Assembly (NCBI GenBank): GCA_040954595.2
Contig: CM082576.2
Span: forward strand, 8,311,129-8,375,128
Source: Balanoglossus misakiensis
Taxonomy: Eukaryota > Animalia > Hemichordata
Length of the DNA stretch: 64,000 nucleotides
Direction: 5' to 3'
Position numbers and translations under genes: made by a program
The notes under the pieces: model-generated
The model's database searches: none
What the model saw: the letters and a program-made list of their open reading frames with translations, nothing else
What the model was told of the DNA's origin: nothing
In this document: positions 45,471-57,245 of the stretch, in pieces
How the letters are laid out: each line of letters starts with the position of its first letter
Position numbering within the stretch: the first letter of the stretch is position 1

Positions 45471-47268
45471 AAAAATGAAAACGCACGTGTTCGAGTTCAA
45501 ACAACTGAACACACCGGGGTTCGAATACATTGACCTTTCCCGATGATTGAATAATTATTCAAAATAATCCTTGTTGATGTGTGAACGCAGTCAGAATGAT
45601 TAGCGGGTGTCTGCTATAGGGGGTGTCAAGCCGCCGGTTGCAGCAATGGATTCGCCGGTTCTGTGCTCTTGACACATTGCCCGCATCATCAACCGAGTCG
45701 ACGCAGTGTCACGGCTACCCCAGAGCCCTCGGAGTGCCCTAACTACATGTCCAAACACAATCCACAATATGTGGACTAATATTTAAACGATTAAGAGCAT
45801 AACGCACGACACAATGACAATAGCCTCAGCGACTGGGGATTCATAAATCTCCATTTGAGCTTCATTACGGTTTCTCTTGGATACAGAGATGACTCTTGCA
45901 TATTTTTTACGATAGTCCATCTGGTTTAGTTGTTTACTTTTCCGATTTATTGGTGTAATGGGGAGTAATACGATTTTATTGCCTGAGTTTAATATGACTC
46001 ACACACAAAAAAACTTAAAATCGTGTTTTCAGGGTACACCCTTGGCGTAGTACTAACTCGAATCAACGGATGGTGAAAATTATACTACAATGATTTGGCC
46101 TCATCCCACTCTTGTGTCTGCAATTAAAAAAACAACAACAGAAAAGCCCGCAAACTCAATATTTAATTCATGGCAACGGAACGAGAATCAGACACGTGTG
46201 TTACCGCCGTGTTGTTGCGACGCGAGCAAAACCTTCACGTGTTCGCTGCTGTTGGATTTTTAAAAAAATGAATCTGGTATCGTCGTCACACCCCCCCCCC
46301 TACCTCACTGCCGCTGCCGGCGAAACTGTGTCGGCTTAGAATCCCCTACCCCAAAATTTCACTTCCTTCAAGTGCGAGTTGATTATGTATTTATCAGCAA
46401 TGGATGGGAAATTTCGGTAAAAGGGCGAAAGAAATCTCAGGCACACACAAACAGAATGCAACAATGGCGGACAGACAGCTCAAACTATACTCGGGAACCC
46501 AAGATGGCGCGTCATGACAACGAGAACAGAGCGGCGATAGTGATTAGACGTGAATGTCGAGGGTATAGCTAAGCCTACGTCGCGCTCGTACCGGGTTTCA
46601 TCACAGATCATACTCTTTATTTAAAAAAAATGACTGACTTCCCCGCTGTGCAGTGATAACATCGCGAATTTCTACAGGACGTAGATTCGATCACGGCTAT
46701 TTTGATTTCTCCATAATCGATCTTGTCGTGAAAAATTATGAATATATGATCGAATTTTCCAGAGGCGCTGTCGAAAGGTTTTTGGCCGTACAGATTCGCA
46801 TACGACAGAGCAAGACCCTCTGAGGAAAAAATCCCCACCCCACTTTCTATTCTGTGTTCAGTCTGAACGTTAACATTGCACCTTCACGGCTGTTATGATT
46901 ATTGCAAATACACCGAGAACATCTATCGACCGTTCGGAAACGACACACGTACAAAAGACCGCCATGTTGAATCCACATTCCACATAAACCATTTCGCAGA
47001 ACATGCCTTCTTGGATTTTTTACCCACAAACATATCAAGCTTCAAGATTCAGGCAAAAATTGAGTCACATTTCTTACAAGGCAGCTATATATGTCTCTCT
47101 GACGCAATATAACAAATAAGATCTGACTTCACAATTTGCAGTACTGTTCGACGCTTACTTCCTTTAACTTGGAAATGTTAGAAGTTCACATTTTATTGCG
47201 CGCTTATTTCACATGTATGTTGTAAAATTAATGCTCAATAAATCTAATACACTAAGACTATTCTCACG

Positions 47269-47285
47269 AGGTCAAGTCAAGGTCA
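47269..47285 (+). promoter_or_regulatory. DR5 retinoic-acid-response-element-like site
   Basis: AGGTCA-agtca-AGGTCA (also contains the TCAAGGTCA monomer site). Confidence 0.45.
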
Positions 47286-48853
47286 CCAACAATAATCTTA
47301 TATTATATTCTTTCTTTTTTCAAATTAAACAATTATTCACAGCTTCTAGGGCCTATACTGTTCGGTGTAACAACCGTTGTTCAGTTTTGAAAAGGGTACC
47401 GATATCAATAATCGATTTAATCAGTAAACCATAGTAAATCTTTCAGTGGATAAATTTCAATCTGAATAAATAAATGCTTTTTCGTAAATTTATTTCATTC
47501 AGTAATTTCCATTATAAGAAACAATGTAAATGTGTGAAATCCATGACAACGTACGATCGGTTTCATATCACGCCAATTCCCCATGAACCAGGATTTTGGC
47601 TTTTGTTGAGGTTCATTTAAAGACCTATATTTCTTGATGTGGACACTTCTATAGATATAAACAATGACCCCTTTGTCGAGGTGCACGGAACTGTTTATTG
47701 GGAAACAAAAGGGAAAGAAAAGGTTGTCTGTGCATTGCATATGCCTCTTTAAGTTGCCGAGGGCACTGGATTCAGCATCTTGTCAACTCAGGTCGGAATC
47801 CCATTATGCTACGGCAACTATTCAAGTCGATTTAATTGCAGTTCAGCCATATTGAAACATTGCCAGTGATTTCATGTGCAACGAGAGACTAGGATAGTTT
47901 CACTACTTTATGGACGAACTTCTTGCAGTGCCCACAGCGGCCGGCAACTGCACTCACACACCCTGAAGATGCCAACCGTATAGAAATCACTTTTGTGGCG
48001 GTCCTGGCGAAATTTGATTACCTATAATAATATCTGTGAATTGCGTTGTTAAATTAAAGGTAGGGTTGTTGTTGTCGTTGCTGTTGTTGATGATGGTGGT
48101 GCTGGTGATGGTTCAAAGGAGAAGACACACGATTTGAAACCTTCAGTTTGTGGGACTGGCTACAGCTGGTTGTTGTCCGGTAGCATTTTCCCGTGATATC
48201 GTAAGAATGTGAAAACCTTCACCTAAACATGCACTAGAGATTTGATCAGCTTGGAGACGAAGAACACATACTTTGTTGAATTTCCGAATCAACCAGTTGC
48301 CACCACCATTTGAACAATTCTCTTCGTCTGTCGAAAATTCTAATGAAAACCGCTGCGCCTTCATTATCCATACTCGAGCAAAGCAGTTGCACAAATTGTT
48401 CAAAATAGGAATCATGCTTACTTGCGGTTGTTGTACACACAAAAAATCGTAATATAAAAAAAAAACAAGCACGGAAAAATCAAAGACACAGATGGCTCTA
48501 TAGGAGTGCACGGAGGGGTCAGAGTGAAACAATTCGAGGCCAACGCAATGGTTCCTGGTGATATAGCTGCGATGTGGCATAAAAAAATCAGATCTTGCGA
48601 TATGAAAAGGGAAATGATAATTCCATATAAATGCGGGGAATTTCAATGAGTCTCCCTCGGAGAATGGGAAATAAGCGTTGCCCCCATTAATTTAGCAGCT
48701 TGCCCGCCTTATGGTGTGGATTTAATAGTGAGCAATAGATCACACGATAGACGTTATTCCACGGAAGCCCTGTTGATGATATAAGACACGACCAAATAAA
48801 TTAATAATAGCCATTGTGTTATTCGCTCCGCGGTCGCTCCCGTCCTCTCCGCC

Positions 48854-49530
48854 GTTGCCTAGCAACGGGGGAGATGATAATGACGATGCTTGTCGTAGGA
48901 GGCCTCCCCCCCCCCTCCCCGCGAGCAGCGCGACAGTATAGAGCAGAGGCAGAAGGTTGTCTCGTCTCTGATTCGGTCTCTTAAAATACTGTGAAAATCG
49001 AGCGCGAACAATGCTGACGTTAATATGCATGGCCAGAGCGTGAACACGGGTGAGGCGAAAAGGGGGGTTTTCTCGAGCTGTGCGCGCTAGTCGCCATGGG
49101 AACCCGGGCTTGATGCGGTTGTAACCTGGCAACAGGCGTTGGTGTTGCACAGAGGAAGCCGTGTATTTTCCCTTTTTATCAACAGCATACCGTTATATTT
49201 TTATGAGTGGGTTATGTACGGACTTTGAGGTTTTCACCTCAGACTGCATGTATGATGAATTGAAGACGAGAGAAAAAAAAAACAGAAATGTAGCGATATA
49301 GCTTTTTGCACAATTTACGTCACTGCGAATCGGAATGCCCGTAGTTGGCCCCGACGCCACGCGACAACACAATCGTCCGCATTTTTCTTTTAGGAGTCTT
49401 CGATTTCTTGCGCGAATCGTCGTGAAATTTCGCGGGGTACGGATATTCACGTCGTCGCAAGTCCCGTTTCTGCGAGTGTCCTCATCATGGAAGGCAACCG
49501 AGCTGGCTAGGTGGTCGTTTCCATGGCAAC
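48854..49530. promoter_or_regulatory. cluster of four RFX X-box motifs in a CpG-rich island
   Basis: GTTGCC-T-AGCAAC (48854), GTCGCC-AT-GGGAAC (49090), GTAACC-T-GGCAAC (49121), GTTTCC-AT-GGCAAC (49517). Confidence 0.6.
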
Positions 49531-52350
49531 CATTCACTCCACAGAACCATTAAAACGGGAACAGCGGAAAGACATTTTTATTGCCAATTGATTAGGCCCC
49601 GCGTTTCTTGTTCTGTGATTTGGTGTTGTCTTGTAGGACAGCCTCGCTGACAGCGGCAGAAATTCGCCAACTTCCGGCCCCTTTTATCGGGGAAATGCTG
49701 GTCGAATTTGCGAGAAACTGTTCCCCAGCATTTGGTGGATGCTGAAAATGAAGTGTATCGAAAATCGAGTTGCCTTAATGTAGTAGAAATCGTCGCTGCT
49801 CTCTTCTTAAAAGCATTTACGTGTACTGCGCGCGGTGCTTCAAACACAGTTCATTGCTCCGCGCCATCTTTACGTAAACAAACTTGTCGTTCTAAATAAA
49901 GGCAGAGTTTTCAGACGAATCTACCAAATTGTGGAAGCGTCTGGGAAAAACAGTCATTTTATGACTACGACGAAAATCAGTAGCCTGAAGATATCAACAA
50001 ATCTAATTTATATTCATAATCTGTTGACAATAATTAAAATAGTTGTTATATTAGCAATTACAATTCCAATTGCGAGCAGCGCAGAAAGAAATTAGAAAAT
50101 ACCCGTTTTCAGAAGAAAAAAATCGCAGAACAATACCTACTTTCTAAGGTGCGAAAATTTCGAATATTTTAGTTTCTGCGTGCGTATATGCTATTTTAGA
50201 AATAATTTACAATCAATAAATAGAGAGTTAAAGAATATGGCATATTAATAATCTCAAAAACAAATACTTTGGAATGGAAGTAATTCACAGAAAGCGTACG
50301 GCGTCCTTCGGTGGGAAGATTCTGGCCGGATGATCAACAGCAGTGAAAAAGAAATAGTCCGGGTCATATTGGGGAACGTCAACAGGTGGTTTGCATGGTG
50401 ATGGTTCAATAAGACCTGTTTACACGCATCGTCAATGGAAACGACGAGCTCTCAATCGAAAAATAAATACGCCATAGCGTGTGATGCCATCCCGCTTGAC
50501 TTATAGACGAGGAAGCGAGAAATATTACACAGGAGAGATTAAGTGACACGGTGCTTAGCACACACAGTCTGAAACTCGAAGAAAGCCTATACGCAATGAC
50601 AAAAAATGACCGTTACGACTTTTCTGTCTTGTTCTAATTTACTTGTGTATATACACACGGACATTGCTGACGGCGATATATTCCGGGTGTCACAAAGCTA
50701 ACGTAAATAAGGTAAAAAAGGCCGAATATGTGCGGGTATGATTTTATTTTCTGTGTTCATATGCTTGCATGTCGGTGGCAATGAACACTCTGCATTCCGG
50801 CCCTTGATGTCGTGTTGGGTGTAAATCCCCTCAATGACTAGGGACACGCAAGGCCAATAAAATAACATTTACATTCTTCTTTCATATTTTATGAGAAACA
50901 TGATCGTATCTGTCATCATAATACCTTGTGGGGTGCCTGTCATATCGCCTCTGCTGCAGCTTGGTGATTTACAACTTATTGTTGAGCTGATATTTTGTCT
51001 CGTCGAGGAAGCGTTGCGACTAAATTGAACGTCTGACTATAAAATTGTAACTTGTGTATATACTACACTTTTGCTCGGAAGGTCGGAATTCTGAAAATCT
51101 GTTATTTTTTTCTTCATCGAGTTGCACTTCATGGCGTGGCATGAGCTGTATAATGTGAGATATTTCGTTTTGAAAACTATCCATTGCTGAGGTGTTGTGC
51201 CGCCTTGCGTGTTATGACATGCGATACCGTGGCCGCCGTGTGATGCGGAGTTGATATCGATTATCTGCGCGCCACGTATCGCAATATCACGTTTTGTTTC
51301 ACCACCGCGGCGATGACCTGTCTGTGACCAGTGTCAAGCGGGAAGGTCAAGCTGATGACAAAAAAAGCTTAGACTCCGCTGACAGCAATCAGCCAGTCTG
51401 TTTGTGCCCAATATTTTTGCAATCAAGCCTATAACATGCATAATTTATTTAGTACAATAAAACGAAAATGAAAAAAGTAAAAAAAATGTCCACGCATGAT
51501 TAGTCCAACAGAAAAACTAATCAGCAGACGAACAGAGTGGATAAAATAACATGGGGACAAGACTCAGTATAGATTAGTGCAAAAGGTAAACATGCCATCT
51601 CATAAATAAAATATATCACTAGGTAATAAAATGAAATAGAAATACAAAAAAAAAAACTCAGTACAAACGCAAAATGTCAATATTCAATATGCCTCAAAAT
51701 GATTGACGCACGGAATTATTGATGGAGCCTTTAAAAGTGCACGAACAAAATTGCCTATTTTTCTTGTAAAAATCGCTCACGGCCACCACTGATGAATGGT
51801 CGTCGCAGTCTCTAACCATTTATGGAGTCGCATCGACCGCGACAATAACTTTTTATCCGTACGTAATATCCCAGTGTCAACATAATCATCTTACGTTTCT
51901 ACAATTCCCTTTTTTTCCTCCACAAAATGAGAGAACGTTGTCTGGATTAAAATTAATAAACACTGAAACTGAACGTGCGTACAGTATGTAATATTAGAGT
52001 GGGCTTAGGCGGATGCTTGTTGTACGTTGATTATGTTTTGCATAATTATGGCAATGCAGCAAATATAACGAATGCATCATCGCCCGTTTAATAATGCGAC
52101 TAAACTGTTTTTAGTCGCGAACGAGGCTACGACACCCACCTCTGAGATGATGTCACTAAATTACCCTGTTTCATCATCGTCCACAGGACAATTAAATTCT
52201 TCAGAAATGTCAGTGGAAATAATGATCTCATACCTCTGCTTTGCTTAGTATTAACGCACGTTTCAAGAATCCAAATTAGCAAAATAAATAGTTGAATAAA
52301 CAGGTGAACGAATAAATAATGCAAGGACTGCAACGGAGCCACATCCTGTA

Positions 52351-52709
52351 TTAAGGTAGTGGTCCGCTCAAAATTTAGAATGTTGTCATTTTCCTGATTT
52401 TTATATGTATTTTATATCAATTATTTTTAAACACAAAAATAAAGAGAAAACAGGGTGTTTAAATGCTACTTTTTCAGTTAGGAGGTCTCAAACATTGTGT
52501 AAAATGTCTCAGTACTTTTCTTTAATGCTATAGTTTTCCTATGGTGAAAATAATAGCCCTATCAAAGAATCAAGCACGGTGACATGGTATTTTCTTTATA
52601 TCATTTAATGATACTCCTCGCTTGGCACGTTTTGTGAAAATGTCAAGAAAATTAAAAATATTGTAACACTGTTTTCTCAAAAAAAATCTACATATAAAGG
52701 CTACCTTAA
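52351..52709. mobile_element. non-autonomous DNA transposon (MITE) with TTAA ends, Kolobok-like
   Basis: TTAA-GGTAG...CTACC-TTAA; with flanks a perfect 13-bp inverted repeat TGTATTAAGGTAG (52347-52359) / CTACCTTAATACA (52701-52713); AT-rich interior with no ORF. Confidence 0.6.
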
Positions 52710-54177
52710 TACAATTTTACCACTGGATTAGACAGGACGAATTTTCAATTTTTCACATATGTGTTGACGGCACCGGAAACCAGTATACCCGCGTCGTAAG
52801 CGGAATGCTGTGCAAAAACTGGCCGGTAAAATCAAGTCCACAGTGAAAAAAAACGGCAGGGTTTCAGTTGTTGTCTATCTCTAAAATCAATCATCGCAGA
52901 TTGATAGCAAACACTGCAGCGTCGCTTGCGTTCAAAGAACCGCGTGGCTGGATGCAAGCCGTATACAAGGTCACGGAGTTAAACGTCGCTCGACAGCGAG
53001 AAGTGAAAAGCGATGGATTACACAAAACCGACTTAACTACATATATGCAGGAGTCCACTTGTAGCGTCACTCGCCATGACCCTGGTAACACGGCACGAAT
53101 ATGAATGATTTCTCTCTCCAAACACATTTTACACGAATGCACTTTTACTTCACTACCCTACCGCGTTCTTTTTCTCTCATCGTGATCCCTTGCCGCGGTG
53201 GACAGTAGAAGGCAACCTAAATATCTGAGTATAACAGTACTTTTTAAAGAATTATGTAATTTAAAAAAACTGATGTTAAACTAGCTTCAAAACACTAAAT
53301 AACAACATTTCGCATAACTGCATGCAACTCCAAGGATTTTTTTTTGTCAACCTGTACAATTATACTGAACGTAATATCACTGGCATTCTGTGCTTGCCAT
53401 AATCAAAATGAAGACGCGCAACTTTCTGGATTGTTACCGACATCCACCCAAAGCTGGCAACGGATTCGGCATACGTAATGAAATAAATCGTGTTTTTCTA
53501 TTTTAGTATCATCGGCACATAGATCGCTATCAGCCAGTAATCGGTCTTCAGATCCGTCATAGTTATTTGCATATTTTAATCATTAAAATGATGGGTAATG
53601 CATATTAATCACTGTTTATCAGTTGGCTTGGGATAAGAGCCACGCAGGCGCACATCTGATATCCATTTCCCCAATCAAGCCCTGCTGATACCGTTATCGG
53701 TGAAAACAATAATCAAAGTCGGAAGTCCTGACTTCTGACGGCAGCAGATGTTCGTACTTGGTGACACGTGATCTCCGACTGCAATGAAATCACGATTGAC
53801 TCAGGAAAAAAAAGTTCTTGACTTCAGGTTTAATAGTTTCATTTCAACCGCTCTCTCCCTATCGAATGAGTTTTACTATGGTAACAGTGGTTGTTTTGTC
53901 CAAACACACCATCAATATTTTTCAGCCTGAGAACGTAGCTAGGCATTTGAACTTATAGGTTAGTCGCAGAATAATACCACAACTGAGTATATGAATGCCC
54001 CTGACTGATTAATACTGTCTCAATTCGATGTTGTGTCAAAAATCTTCTAATATAGTTTTTTTTTCACTTTTTATTTACAAGCGACGTTCTATGATTATTC
54101 AGCCAGTTTTTCAAATTAAAATTTCTGATTTTGCACAGTAGCACGTATTCAAGAATTTTGGGTTACGACCGTATGTT

Positions 54178-54272
54178 ACAACAACAATAACAACAACAAC
54201 AACAACAGCAATAATAGTAGTAGTTATAATAATCATAACAATCATCTTCATCATCATCATTACTATCATCCT
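54178..54272. repeat. compound trinucleotide microsatellite (CAA/TAG/TAA/TCA)n
   Basis: acaacaacaataacaacaac...tagtagtag...tcatcatcatcat. Confidence 0.9.
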
Positions 54273-57079
54273 CATTTATATTCTTTCGAAGTTCCGTAGA
54301 ATTGGTTGAACTAGTCATCGATTCATCAAACGACGTCGACGATACCACAGCTCATGAGTCAAGCAAATATACAGCGACAGTTTGCAAAATGAGTCTGATA
54401 TATTGCAGCAATAAGTGTTTTGTCACGTGGCTTCCGAACAAACATGTCGAGAAACCCCATTGATTACGTGATGGAGGACACATCTTTATGCAAAGAATTT
54501 CACCACGAACAGCTCATGTTGGCAATAGCTTTCTTCAGAAGTGACGTAAAAATGGCCGGCAGGATGCAGGGTTTCAGCTTCGGTGTCAAAATTAATGCAG
54601 TACCCCCCCCCCCCCCCCCGATAACGTGGTTCTGTTTTTCGGTTTTTAAATGTTCATAATGGAAAAATTTAATACCCGTTTCTTTTATTCATAATGGAAC
54701 GCGTCTGCGGTAATGGTGTCTCGGGGGTTTCCATGACAAAAATCTGAACCCTGGTCACGTGGCGCTCCTCAGTCGAGCCGCTTATGTAAGCAAAATAACA
54801 ATTCTTTAACTTCGTGCGAGGTTGAGACTTTCAGTCCAGGAACATATTCCATTTATTTTTCAAGGAATTAATAATATTCAGTTTTCATGGAATTAGTAAT
54901 TTCCCCTTTTTTCAAGGAAATACATTCCCTGGCAGTGTGTCCGTATATGGCTTTCATGGCAAGTTTCCAAGCAAAACAACTAAACCCTAGGATTTGCCTT
55001 CGTCAAAATATTCAGTTGGTGCAAGCTACGCCCTGGACAGCACAGCGTGGACATTGGCACCTGGACGTGATTTTATTCTATGAGATGCATTATGCAAGCA
55101 TACTGCTAACTGCTCGTTAAGTGAATTAACGCCGGTGAATAATGGAGGTATAGCATGCCTGCATAACGACGTAATATCACAAATTATTGCGCATTTCATA
55201 TTGACATCGTCATTAACGACTCCAACGAGTGGTTGGCTGCATAGGGGTCCGTGTTGCTCTGCGTGCTATACAGTTAGTCCCTTATCTTCACGTGGTCTCT
55301 GTTTCCAAAAGATGGAAATCTTTAACACAATTGAAACGTCACGGTCCAGGTATACAATGACGCGTTTATATCCACGGATTTTCCACACCATGTTACAACT
55401 GGAAGTCTAAATTCGTCATTTCACAGCACTTCACATTCCGATTTCACATAAACTCTTGGGCTGACTTAGTTATGGACAATGTGACATCTGAAAGTGCAGA
55501 GACACGTTCATGGGACTTGGCACGATGGTAGAATCACTGAAAAATTGCCAAAGTCACAGCTAACGGAGCTTTAATTTGATTGCACACATCAAAACTACAT
55601 AAATAGAAGGAGCTGAGAATAGAAGCCCCAGAACTGGGATTTTGTTAACCTTGTCTTCACCAACAGCGCGCATGAGCAGTGTCGCCAGTTGATTGGCTCT
55701 GACAAATAAAACGAATTAGCATAAGTAATGGCCATTTATTAAACGGTGACAAATATCGATTCGGTGGTCATTTTCTTGGATTCGCGGTTCAACAGAAAGT
55801 CTTATTAATATACATTTGAAACTAAAATCGTTTTAAATCATACGTTTGCTCTCTGCTACCGGGGAAATTCGGCAACAGAGCAGGAAACAGCAGACTTGCC
55901 GTCTAAATCAGACACCCGAGCAAGAAACAATATTTACCTGAAAGATCGCGCAACTACGTTGGGTAGTCGACAACATTTATCTATTATATATACCATTATA
56001 TGTATATAAACTTAATACAACCAATAATGTGAGTCACAATCGGTAAGAAGTGAACAAGGGTTCAACGAACTTTAGGTATCGGTAAAATCTGTGAACGCCA
56101 TCTTGAAGGACAGGGCGTGACCTTTGACACATTACCTGGGAGACAGGAGAATAGCACGGAACAACCGAAGGCGAGACAAGACTACACGACAGCTTATCTG
56201 TTATGTGGTGCGACGGAGTTCCACGTACCGTTGAAAACCTTCAGAGCGTCAATATTGTTTAATGATAAAGGAAAGCATATATCTGCCCATCATTCGTGTA
56301 AAACATCTTTAAAACGAACGACAGTATTGGGGACGCGTGTGACTAAAAAAAGAAACGCGCAGTTCCGGATCAATTAGTAAGTGAAAGATAATGACGTTTG
56401 TGTTTTCTTTCCTCGAAATGACTTCAAATATAGAAATGGGAAGCCTTTATAATCGCAGACAGTTGCGTTTATTTAAGTAATAGCGCAGTGCCGTTATCAA
56501 TTTCGATTAGTGCGTGGAATGAATATATGAATCTAAAAATGGGGAAACAAATTCCATTTGACATTACTTGACATTTCTCAGGTTCCCCGAGAGATCATAA
56601 AGCGGTTTCTTCAAAAATTATTCAAACACATTCACAGAACAAACTTAGTTAACGTTTATTGTTACATTCGACACACCATCCACAAATCCGCTGTCATTCT
56701 GAATCTTATTACCTATCTATACGTTGAGGACTTCGTCCGAAATCTGCTATTCCAGATCTTGCCAGACACCGACAGGCACAATGCATATTTGCCGAGTAAT
56801 ATCCCTCGGGGAGATTAAAAAATCCTCTCTAATGCTGGGGGGAATAGAAATTAAATCTTAATATTTGCACAGGGACTTTACGTTTTGTTCCCCATTTTCC
56901 CCGCAGCCTGCTGCGCACTGAAGTCCGTCCAGATTGCGTTTCTCCTAAGTGTGAGATCAGGGGCTGAGTCGACTCTTTAATCCCCATCCGAGTATTCGCG
57001 ATCCTTTTTCACCGATGTAAAAGAAACCCGTGTCGGATTTCACGCATGGCTTCGTCCCTGATCTGAAACTACGCGTACA

Positions 57080-57245
57080 TGACGTCACCTCGCGACCAGA
57101 GGGTGAGGAGGGGGCGGGGGTTATACACGTTCAGAGGTAAAGGCTGAACCATGAGTTCGTCATTGGGTCACCGGCCGCAAACGCCGGATGATGTCAAACT
57201 TTGGCGACCCCTCCCCGTCGTCAAATAATTGCAGTACTATAAATA
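57080..57245 (+). promoter_or_regulatory. candidate Pol II promoter (CRE, GC box, TATA)
   Basis: TGACGTCA 57080-57087, GGGGCGGGG 57111-57119, TATAAATA 57238-57245 in a CpG-rich patch. Confidence 0.4.

Noticed and set aside
54010-54030. TAATACTGTCT resembling the miR-8/200 family 5' end
   Set aside because: Only the first 11 nt match and no hairpin partner is evident.
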